47,033 bases of DNA from Acidimicrobiia bacterium (lineage in GTDB: Bacteria > Actinomycetota > Acidimicrobiia > Spongiisociales > ZC4RG35), in NCBI GenBank assembly GCA_035513195.1, contig DATKCM010000067.1, positions 1 to 47,033 of the forward strand. Reading direction: 5' to 3'. The position numbers were made by a program, and so were the translations under genes. This document shows, in pieces, positions 40,504 to 47,033 of this stretch. Numbering within the stretch: the first letter of the stretch is position 1; every line of letters starts with the position of its first letter. Below the pieces are notes generated by a model. The model did no database searches. It saw only the letters and a program-made list of their open reading frames with translations, and was not told where the DNA came from.

Positions 40504-41073
40504 CTACCTCCCCCCGAGCGTGCGAAGGGCGTCACGGACCTGGGTTTCGACAGATTCGGCGGGGTCGATCTTGCTGATCACGGAGTTGATTTCCTCGGTC
40601 GAGTACCCAAGGGACTCCAGAGCGGCGCGGACAGCCGCGGAGCCCGAGCCTTGGAGAACGTCAGCGTCTCTTCCGGCGAGCTTCGGCGCAAGCTCCAGGA
40701 CAATTCTCTGCGCTCCTCGTTTGCCGATCCCGGGGACGACTGTCAGGGCGTCAGCATCCTCGGCGGCGACCGATCGGATGATGTCCTGGGGCGACATGGT
40801 GCCCAGCATCGCCATCGCCACTTTCGTTCCTACACCTGAAGCGCCGAGAAGGATCCGGAACAGGTCGCGCTCGTTCTGGTTGTCGAACCCGAAGAGGCTC
40901 ATCTCCTCTTCGCGAACGTGGGTGTGGGTGTGGACCACCACCTCTTCACCGATCCCCGGCAGCGAGACCAAGCCGCGGGGGGTCATGTTCACTTCGTATC
41001 CCACCCCTCCCACCTCGATGCACACCCCGCCGTCGAAGGAGGAAACCAGGATCCCGCGGAGCCGCCCGATCAT
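40504..41073 (-). CDS. ruvA: Holliday junction DNA-binding protein RuvA
   Basis: 189 aa with MIGRLRG, HhH motifs (GVGTKVAMAML, VPGIGKRGAQRIVLEL) and a C-terminal domain III. Confidence 0.95.
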   Translation of the reverse strand: MIGRLRGILVSSFDGGVCIEVGGVGYEVNMTPRGLVSLPGIGEEVVVHTHTHVREEEMSLFGFDNQNERDLFRILLGASGVGTKVAMAMLGTMSPQDIIRSVAAEDADALTVVPGIGKRGAQRIVLELAPKLAGRDADVLQGSGSAAVRAALESLGYSTEEINSVISKIDPAESVETQVRDALRTLGGR

Positions 41074-41555
41074 TGTCTCACCTGGTGCAACGGGGCAGCC
41101 CGGAGGTGGCAGAGGGCGATGGCGAGAGCGTCTGCCACATCGGGAGGCTTCGGGACTTCCGCCAGGTTGAGGAGGCGGGCGACCATTTGCTGCACCTGTC
41201 TTTTGTTGGCGGTCCCGCTCCCGGTCACGCCGCGCTTCACCGCGGTCGGGACGTACTCGTGGACGGTGAGACCGTGCCGAGCGGCGGCAAGCATCGCCAC
41301 CCCCGAGGCGCGGCCAACGGAGACGGCGGTTTGCAGGTTCCGGTTGGTGAAAACCGACTCGATGGCGACAGCATCGGGCTTTGCGTCGTCAATCAGTTGG
41401 ACCAGTCCCTCGTAGAGTTCGTTGAGTCTGGCCTCGGTCGTCGCCCCGGTATCGGTCCTGATCACGCCGGCCCTGTGGGCCGTGGGCGGGAAGGTGTCTT
41501 CGACCATCCCGTAGCCGAGGGTGGAGAGTCCGGGGTCTATGCCTAAAACGAACAT
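41070..41555 (-). CDS. ruvC: crossover junction endodeoxyribonuclease RuvC
   Basis: 161 aa with VLGIDPGLSTLGYG and catalytic acidic residues. The ATG at 41555 lies inside an SOS box. Confidence 0.95.
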   Translation of the reverse strand: MFVLGIDPGLSTLGYGMVEDTFPPTAHRAGVIRTDTGATTEARLNELYEGLVQLIDDAKPDAVAIESVFTNRNLQTAVSVGRASGVAMLAAARHGLTVHEYVPTAVKRGVTGSGTANKRQVQQMVARLLNLAEVPKPPDVADALAIALCHLRAAPLHQVRQ

Positions 41556-41563
41556 GTGTTCTA
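41548..41563 (-). promoter_or_regulatory. LexA SOS box overlapping the ruvC start codon
   Basis: The minus strand reads TAGAAC-ACAT-GTTCGT, with a GAAC-N4-GTTC core and 14/16 matches to TCGAAC-N4-GTTCGA. A candidate -10 TATCGT lies at 41571..41566, 2 nt upstream of the box. Confidence 0.7.
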
Positions 41564-41644
41564 CGACGATACAGGGTGTTCACTCGCATCACGTGTCATG
41601 TTGCCAACCTATCGTGATCCCGGTAAGTGAGGAAGACGTGCGGA

Positions 41645-43060
41645 TCATGCGATCTCGAAGCGGACCCTGCGGTCGGCCACCGAGGCTTCGTTTACCCGCA
41701 CCAGAACCTGATCCCCGAGATCGAGGCCCTCGCCCTCGACGATGGAGAGGATCGCGGGGTCGCCGAGCTGAACCTCGCCGCTCCTTCGCTTTTCGTCGGT
41801 CTCCACCACAACACCGGGGAAGATCTCCCCAACACGAGTCGACAGCAGCGCGGCCTCGACCAGGTTCACGCATTCTGCTTCGTACTGGCCTGCCCTGGTC
41901 GCGCTTCGGGCCATGGTTTCGGGAAGAGTCGGCAGAGCAGCGACAACCGAATCGGGAACCTCACGTCCGGCGGCGATGGCAAGACAGACCTCACCGGCGT
42001 AGCGGTCGACGAGCCGGCGCAGCGGTGCCGTGGTATGTGCGTAGACGGTGGCGAGCGCAGCATGCGGCAACGGCTCTTCCGTACCGGTAATCATCTGATA
42101 TCCGGCACCGGAGAAAAGCGAGGTCGCTTCCGCCTGGAACGCCGCATGGGCGGGAATCCTTGGGTCGAGACTCCTGATCAGCTCGGGGTAACTCACCGAC
42201 CCCGGCCAGGCGATCTCGAGCCCATCTGCTATCCGCCGAAGTCGTTCCAGCCGGACGGGGTCGGCCACGGGAAGGGTGCGCAATATCCCGACTCCGGCTT
42301 CGACCATCATCCTGGCCGCGAAGATCCCGGTGAGCAGTGAGAGCTGGGCGTTCCATGCCTCAACCGGGAGTGGTGCCCGGAAAACCAGTCCCCATCCGCC
42401 GTCGCGCTTGACCACGAGCTGCTCGGGGATTTCGAGACTCACCGCCCCCCGTTCCCGTTCGAGAAGCTTCCGCAGCCTCCCGATCTCGGGCAATAGCCGA
42501 AGAGATCCGGATGCCGCCCCGGAGTCGACCTGGCCCTGCGCTTCCTGATAGGTGAGCTGGATCCGGCTCCGCACCATGGCACGCTCGACGCGGCCAACTT
42601 CGATCTCGCCGTACTCGTTGAGGTCGATCTCCCAGAGAATCGCTGGCCGGTCGCGGTCGGGTAACAGGCTCCCCCGCCCCTCGGACAGCTCTTCGGGGTA
42701 GAGCGGTGTTCTGACGTCCGGGGCGTAAAGGGTCTGGCCCCGCTCCCACGCCTCGGCGTCGATCGCACTTCCCGGCCGCACGAACGCACCGACGTCGGCG
42801 ATGGCGTACCGGACGGTGTAGCCACCCGCCCGGCGGCTTAGGTGTAGAGCCTGATCGAGATCGCGGGACCCGGGCGGGTCGATCGTGACGAAGGGTATGC
42901 CGGTCGCGTCCCGTTCAGGGAGCAAGGGTTCGGTGGCGTGTACCTCAGCCATGACCTCGGGACTGAAACCTTCTGGGATCTGCCTTTCCTCACGGATCAA
43001 GTCCAGACCCGCTTCGACTACTGCGTCCGGGGCGGTGAATCTGAGCTGACGGAGTGGCAT
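41645..43060 (-). CDS. RNB-domain 3'-5' exoribonuclease (short RNase II/R family member)
   Basis: 471 aa. It has the RNB motif I context FVTIDPPGSRDLDQALH, the later segment YAHTTAPLRRLVD, and an S1-like C-terminus. There are no N-terminal cold-shock domains. Confidence 0.85.
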   Translation of the reverse strand: MPLRQLRFTAPDAVVEAGLDLIREERQIPEGFSPEVMAEVHATEPLLPERDATGIPFVTIDPPGSRDLDQALHLSRRAGGYTVRYAIADVGAFVRPGSAIDAEAWERGQTLYAPDVRTPLYPEELSEGRGSLLPDRDRPAILWEIDLNEYGEIEVGRVERAMVRSRIQLTYQEAQGQVDSGAASGSLRLLPEIGRLRKLLERERGAVSLEIPEQLVVKRDGGWGLVFRAPLPVEAWNAQLSLLTGIFAARMMVEAGVGILRTLPVADPVRLERLRRIADGLEIAWPGSVSYPELIRSLDPRIPAHAAFQAEATSLFSGAGYQMITGTEEPLPHAALATVYAHTTAPLRRLVDRYAGEVCLAIAAGREVPDSVVAALPTLPETMARSATRAGQYEAECVNLVEAALLSTRVGEIFPGVVVETDEKRRSGEVQLGDPAILSIVEGEGLDLGDQVLVRVNEASVADRRVRFEIA

Positions 43061-43118
43061 AGCCAGGCGAATGGTAAGACTGCCGGTGGCCTGTGTGACT
43101 TCACGTATCGTGACGCCG

Positions 43119-43670
43119 ATGAGCGAAGCAGACCGCCGCGATTGGGACCGGCGTTACACCGCAGGCGGCGTTGCGCCGTTGGATCAGTCCGGCCCGCCCC
43201 CGGTGTTCGCCGCCCACGAGGACCTCTTCCCTGCGACCGGAAACGCCCTCGAGCTGGCCTGTGGCCGGGGGCGTGGTGCGGTGTGGCTTGCCGGCCGTGG
43301 ACTTGAATATCAAGGAATCGACGTCTCCCCCGTCGCCATCGACCTCGCCCGCAAGCTCGTCGCTCACCACGGACTATCCGCGCGGTGCCGGTTCGAGGTC
43401 CACGACCTCGACCGTGGACTTCCAGACGGCCCGCAGGTCGACCTCCTTTTCTGTTACCTGTTCCGTGACCCGACGCTCGACCGTGCCATCATCGAACGGA
43501 TCAAACCCGGCGGAGTCCTCGCTACCGCAGCTCTCAGTGAGGTCGGTGCCGGACCCGGCCGGTTCCGGGCCAGACCCGGGGAGCTTCGACAGGCTTACTC
43601 CAGCCTGGGGATCCTGGCGGACGGTGAAGGCGACGGAATCGCCTGGTTGATAGGGAGACGGCGGGAATAG
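43119..43670 (+). CDS. class I SAM-dependent methyltransferase
   Basis: It has the motif I context ALELACGRGRGAVWLA and an acidic residue after beta-2 (GIDVSPVAIDLA). The ATG at 43119 is preferred. The ATG at 43071 would leave only 10 nt to the divergent RNB gene. Confidence 0.75.
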   Translation: MSEADRRDWDRRYTAGGVAPLDQSGPPPVFAAHEDLFPATGNALELACGRGRGAVWLAGRGLEYQGIDVSPVAIDLARKLVAHHGLSARCRFEVHDLDRGLPDGPQVDLLFCYLFRDPTLDRAIIERIKPGGVLATAALSEVGAGPGRFRARPGELRQAYSSLGILADGEGDGIAWLIGRRRE

Positions 43671-43759
43671 AAGAACCCTGTCAGGAAAGCGCCGTCGGCC
43701 GAAGGTTCAAGCTTTCGGTAGGGGTGGCGTGGGTTGTTATCAGGTGAAGGGTGGGGAAG

Positions 43760-45034
43760 TCAACACTCCTTGGGCGGGGGCCGTCCGCTCTTGGTGTAGC
43801 GGTGCCCGAGCGGGCTGATCCAGAGGTAATCGCCTCCGGGGAGCGGCTGGTATTTCCAGTCGAACTGGTGCCGGCCGACGTGGTCGTGGCGGCAGCCAGG
43901 AGCCAGGTCTTTCACATTTGTCTTTCCGGTCTCGGCCCAGGGCTTGATGTGGTCAAGGTCACAGTCGGTGGCCGGCATCCGGCATCCGGGGAAGACGCAG
44001 GTCAAATCACGCAATTCCACATGTCGCTGCTGGCGGGCGTCGGGCCGTCGTCTCGTGGTCCCGATGTGAACCGGCATCCCGGTGTCGGGGTCGGTCACCC
44101 GGTACCGCCAGTTGGACTCCTTCCGCTCGTCGGCGACCTGACGGGCGATGTCGGCGATAACAGGGCCGAAGCCGGCCAACTCGCCGGGACGATCGGCCAG
44201 ACCTGCCAGCGTCTCCAGATCGACGTGGATGTTCACAGTGCCGTTGCGCTTCGTTTGGTGAGCCGAGTCTCCGCAGATGAGGTCAAGAGCGATATCGGCC
44301 CGGAGTTGGTCCATGGTCCTGGTCTCACCGGGCACACGCAACGATTCGGCGAGGCTGTTGATGTGATCGAATGCGGCAGAAGCTCTGACTGATGAAATAT
44401 CACTCAGGATGATGTTTGCGGTGCCGTCGACGGTGGGCTCCCGGACCAGGCGGTGTTCTTCGAGAGCAGATTCATATCGCTTCTTGGCCGCTTCCGGCTC
44501 AATCTCGAGGCACAGTTTCTGAACCTTCGACCGAAGTTCGCCGGTGGTCAGCTGGGGCGCCCGGCCGATCACCTCATCGATTACCTGCCGCGCATGGCTA
44601 TCGGAGAGGTGCTCGGTGCCGTTGACTAGGACACGGGCCCGACGGACATCTATCTCGCCGGACCACAGGGCCTGGCCGACCGCAGGGAGTCGATGTTTCA
44701 GGACATGGGCAAAGTCGATCTCGACCTCGGCCATCCGCCGGGTCAGCCGCAGCGCGGCCCGAAGCTCCATGGCTGCCGCGTCCAGCCCGAATTCCACATC
44801 ACCGTCGAATTCGACCATGACGTCGGCCAGCTCGGCGATGTTTTGGTAAACCCTGGCCGCGTAATGCGACGCCATCTTCTGATGTGCCTGGAGCACCAAC
44901 ACCTGGTCGTGGCCCGACAACTCGGCGGGATCGACCACCGACAGGAAGGCGGCCAACTCCGGGCCGGGCTCCCGGTCGAGGAGACCAACCGGGAAAGCCG
45001 TAGTCCGGTGCGCTGATTTCTCGTGATCGAACAT
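43760..45034 (-). CDS. DUF222 domain + HNH endonuclease protein (actinobacterial '13E12-repeat'-type family)
   Basis: 424 aa. The N-terminal DUF222 region has a typical layout (AAFLSVVDPAELSGHDQVLVLQAHQKMASHYAA). The C-terminal HNH nuclease reads CVFPGCRMPATDCDLDHIKPW...CRHDH. Confidence 0.88.
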   Translation of the reverse strand: MFDHEKSAHRTTAFPVGLLDREPGPELAAFLSVVDPAELSGHDQVLVLQAHQKMASHYAARVYQNIAELADVMVEFDGDVEFGLDAAAMELRAALRLTRRMAEVEIDFAHVLKHRLPAVGQALWSGEIDVRRARVLVNGTEHLSDSHARQVIDEVIGRAPQLTTGELRSKVQKLCLEIEPEAAKKRYESALEEHRLVREPTVDGTANIILSDISSVRASAAFDHINSLAESLRVPGETRTMDQLRADIALDLICGDSAHQTKRNGTVNIHVDLETLAGLADRPGELAGFGPVIADIARQVADERKESNWRYRVTDPDTGMPVHIGTTRRRPDARQQRHVELRDLTCVFPGCRMPATDCDLDHIKPWAETGKTNVKDLAPGCRHDHVGRHQFDWKYQPLPGGDYLWISPLGHRYTKSGRPPPKEC

Positions 45035-45042
45035 ATGTTCGA
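45027..45042. promoter_or_regulatory. perfect LexA SOS box TCGAACATATGTTCGA overlapping the HNH gene start codon
   Basis: This is a 16-nt perfect palindrome that matches the mycobacterial consensus TCGAAC-N4-GTTCGA at every specified position. The minus-strand ATG (45034..45032) occupies positions 9-11 of the box. Confidence 0.8.
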
Positions 45043-45071
45043 ATCGTACAAAACGCCAGGGACAAATTCAA
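45043..45071 (-). promoter_or_regulatory. candidate SigA-type promoter TTGAAT-17 nt-TACGAT for the DUF222/HNH gene
   Basis: On the minus strand the -35 TTGAAT lies at 45071..45066 and the -10 TACGAT at 45048..45043, with a 17-nt spacer. The -10 abuts the SOS box and ends 8 nt before the ATG, which suggests a leaderless or near-leaderless mRNA. Confidence 0.55.
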
Positions 45072-45118
45072 TACCCCCGGCAGCCGAAATCGAGAAATTT
45101 CTGCAAACATCTCCCGTG

Positions 45119-45439
45119 ATGTCGGACTCCGGAGCCCTGGTCCTGGTCACCTGCGGCAGCGAAGACGAAGCGCGCAGCCTGGCCAGATATCTGGTGGAAC
45201 ACCGAATGGCCGCCGGCGTCCAGATCATCCCGATCTCGAGCATCTACACCTGGGACGACGACATCGTCGATGACCGGGAACACCTCCTCATCTGCAAGAC
45301 CCGCACCGACCGATACGACGCCATCGAAGCGGCAGTAACCGAACGCCACTCCTACGAAGTTCCGCCGATCCTGATGCTTGAGATCGACAGAGCAAGCGGG
45401 CCCTACCTGGAATGGATCAAGGCGAATACCACGGATTGA
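45119..45439 (+). CDS. cutA: divalent-cation tolerance protein CutA
   Basis: It aligns with the CutA1 family over its whole length (LVLVTCGSEDEARSLARYLVEHRMAAGVQIIP.SSIYTWDD...KTR...HSYEVPPIL...YLEWI). The ATG at 45119 is preferred; the ORF-track start at 45023 adds a non-conserved 32 aa. Confidence 0.85.
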   Translation: MSDSGALVLVTCGSEDEARSLARYLVEHRMAAGVQIIPISSIYTWDDDIVDDREHLLICKTRTDRYDAIEAAVTERHSYEVPPILMLEIDRASGPYLEWIKANTTD

Positions 45440-45641
45440 CGACCGACATACCCGCCGGTGCTAAACCATGTGGTTCTCGGACGGCGGGGAGAATTCATCG
45501 ACCACTGTACGCTCATGAGGACGCAAATCCGTAGGACAACGCACGATGATTGCTCTTGGTCTGCATGCAATCCTCGCAATCCGCCCAATTTTGACAATGC
45601 AAAGCGGGCGTAGGGTTCCTTCCGTTGCTCCCGTACGCCGG

Positions 45642-46637
45642 TCAGATAGACCCGTCGTCCAGTTCGATCACAACCTGGTTCTCTCGTCGGACTCCGATCT
45701 GGTGTTTGACCATGAGCCCGATCAGTTCTTCTCCGTCGATGAGCCCAACCGGAGTGAAGCCGGCCCTCTCCGCTTCGGCTCGAGCGCCTGCCGAGAACTT
45801 TGATGTGGTGATGATCATGCCCCGCTCGTTGGCCGACGTTGCACCCCGCACTTTCTGGACTTCCGGAGCCTGAACCGGGTTCTTCCACCGTTTCGCCTGG
45901 ATCGCCATCTTCACCTCGATACCTCCGGAAATGACGAGCGTTCCCCGCAGGTCGATCCCCTTATCCCCGTGGTACTTGGTGACCTCGATCTCATCGAAAC
46001 CCATCTCGGCAAGGAGCCGCCCGAGCAGTTCTTCGAAACCCGCAGGGTCCATGCCCGAGACGCGATCCAGCAGCTTCTCCCGCACGGCTTTGTTGTGCTC
46101 CCTGATTTCGATGGCGACACCAACACCCTCCCACTCCGTCAATCCGACCATCCCGTGGCCATGCTTCGAGAATCGCGAAACCTCCCCCTCGGCGTCCGCT
46201 CTGTTGACAGTGGTGACGATCTGGGCGTACATCGTGGCCTCAGGGGTAAGGCCCTTGGTATCGAGCAATCCCTGATCGAGCGCTGAATCGGTGATCGCTT
46301 TGTAGTGCATCGGCTCACGGGCTTCGTTTTCGGAGAGAACCTTGTAGGCGGCTTCGAGGAAGGTCAGTGTTCCTTCGGGTTTCCTCGACCGGGTTATCTC
46401 ATACTTGTCATGCGTGCCGTCGTTCAGGGCGAAGGTTCCGGGAGCGGTCCTCACAAACCGTGACCCAGTCCCCTGACTACTGATATCTGTGGCCAACTGA
46501 GCATTTACGGTTGCCTCGGGTGTCTTTCCGTTCGAAGTCCAGAGGTTTCGTTTCAGCATTCGGTCTGTGAGTTCCTTGTAGTGCAGGGGTGTGCTCGCTT
46601 CAGCGAGGACGATCTCCACCGCTTCAAGGGCCGACAC
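45642..46637 (-). CDS. Mrr-family restriction endonuclease with two N-terminal HARE-HTH domains
   Basis: Two HARE-HTH-like repeats are present (ALEAVEIVLAEASTPLHYKELTD...GKTPEATVNAQL...RFVRTAPGTFAL and FLEAAYKVLSENEAREPMHYKAITD...GLTPEATMYAQI...RFSKHGHGMVGL). They are followed by an Mrr_cat core (GDKGIDLRG...IQAKRW...MIITTSKFS). The GTG start has an AAGGAG SD 8 nt upstream, inside the preceding gene. Confidence 0.85.
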   Translation of the reverse strand: MSALEAVEIVLAEASTPLHYKELTDRMLKRNLWTSNGKTPEATVNAQLATDISSQGTGSRFVRTAPGTFALNDGTHDKYEITRSRKPEGTLTFLEAAYKVLSENEAREPMHYKAITDSALDQGLLDTKGLTPEATMYAQIVTTVNRADAEGEVSRFSKHGHGMVGLTEWEGVGVAIEIREHNKAVREKLLDRVSGMDPAGFEELLGRLLAEMGFDEIEVTKYHGDKGIDLRGTLVISGGIEVKMAIQAKRWKNPVQAPEVQKVRGATSANERGMIITTSKFSAGARAEAERAGFTPVGLIDGEELIGLMVKHQIGVRRENQVVIELDDGSI

Positions 46638-46638
46638 C

Positions 46639-47033
46639 TCAACCGCTCCTTGCCGTGTCGTAGACGGTTTGGGCGACGTAGCGCTCGAAGGCTTCGCGCA
46701 TTCGCTCGTCGGAGAGGATGAGTTTGAACACTTCCTCGTTCGTGTTCATCTGGCTGATGATGGTGTCGAGGAATACCGGGGAGAAGGCGATCTTGCGGAA
46801 GGCCTCGAAATCGTCGTTGGCTTTCGCCGCTTCGACGACCTGGGGTTCGGCGGAGAACCGTCCGGTGTACTGATCGAGGGTGATCATGTGCTCTTGGGTG
46901 AGGTCCTCGCCGTGGCGTTCGTTCATCTCTTTGATGATCACCGATAGCGCCTCGGCCGCTTCCTCGGAGAGTCGTCGGTCGCCCCAGAACTGGTCGTGCT
47001 CGTGGACCGCCTCCTCGACACCGGCGTCGCCTT
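46639..47033 (-). CDS. hsdR: C-terminal end of a type I restriction enzyme R subunit (HsdR-like); 5' part lies outside the window
   Basis: The frame stays open to the right edge (checked codon by codon from 46942 to 47031). The sequence ...IIKEMNERHGEDLTQEH...AKANDDFEAFRKIAFSPVFLDTIISQMNTNEEVFKLILSDERMREAFERYVAQTVYD resembles the conserved C-terminal helical domain of HsdR proteins. Confidence 0.7.
   Translation of the reverse strand, partial: GDAGVEEAVHEHDQFWGDRRLSEEAAEALSVIIKEMNERHGEDLTQEHMITLDQYTGRFSAEPQVVEAAKANDDFEAFRKIAFSPVFLDTIISQMNTNEEVFKLILSDERMREAFERYVAQTVYDTARSG

Noticed and set aside
43671-43759. Possible bidirectional terminator between the convergent methyltransferase and HNH genes (CCGAA-ggttcaagct-TTCGG).
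   Set aside because: The stem is only 5 bp with an 11-nt loop and no flanking T/A tracts, which is too weak to call.

Overview
High-GC chromosomal segment of actinobacterial type: it carries mIHF, a DUF222/HNH '13E12-like' gene, PyrR and LexA boxes of the TCGAAC-N4-GTTCGA type. I tentatively place it in Actinomycetota, possibly a deep-branching class; this is inference only. Positions 1-43060 form one uninterrupted minus-strand array of about 45 housekeeping genes, many joined by 1- or 4-nt start/stop overlaps. In transcription order (right to left) they are: RNB nuclease, ruvCAB, tgt, yajC, apt, rel, MBL hydrolase, hisS, aspS, alaS, ruvX, mltG, aroE, a PATAN/DUF4388 protein, an A24 prepilin peptidase, aroC-aroK-aroB, efp, nusB, pyrR-pyrB-pyrC-carA-carB-pyrD-pyrF, mihF, gmk, rpoZ, coaBC, metK, priA, def, fmt, rpe, a REC-GGDEF-like regulator, ribD-ribE-ribBA-ribH, and the 5' end of infC (ATT start, missed by the ORF track). 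The strand switches at about 43.06 kb. The last 4 kb looks accessory: a SAM methyltransferase, a DUF222/HNH endonuclease behind a perfect LexA SOS box, cutA, a 2xHARE-HTH-Mrr restriction endonuclease, and the 3' end of a type I restriction R subunit. No tRNA, rRNA, CRISPR array or transposase was recognised. The points most worth follow-up are: (a) the SOS-box/leaderless-start architecture shared by the HNH gene and ruvC; (b) the PyrR binding loop with a translationally coupled mini-ORF; (c) NusB with an IF2_N-like N-terminal domain; (d) a REC-GGDDF protein wedged into the rpe-rib operon; (e) a PATAN-HTH-acidic-tail protein paired with an orphan prepilin peptidase inside the shikimate operon; (f) the hsdR-HARE-Mrr defence module. 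Most other long ORFs in the six-frame track are antisense or out-of-frame high-GC artefacts.
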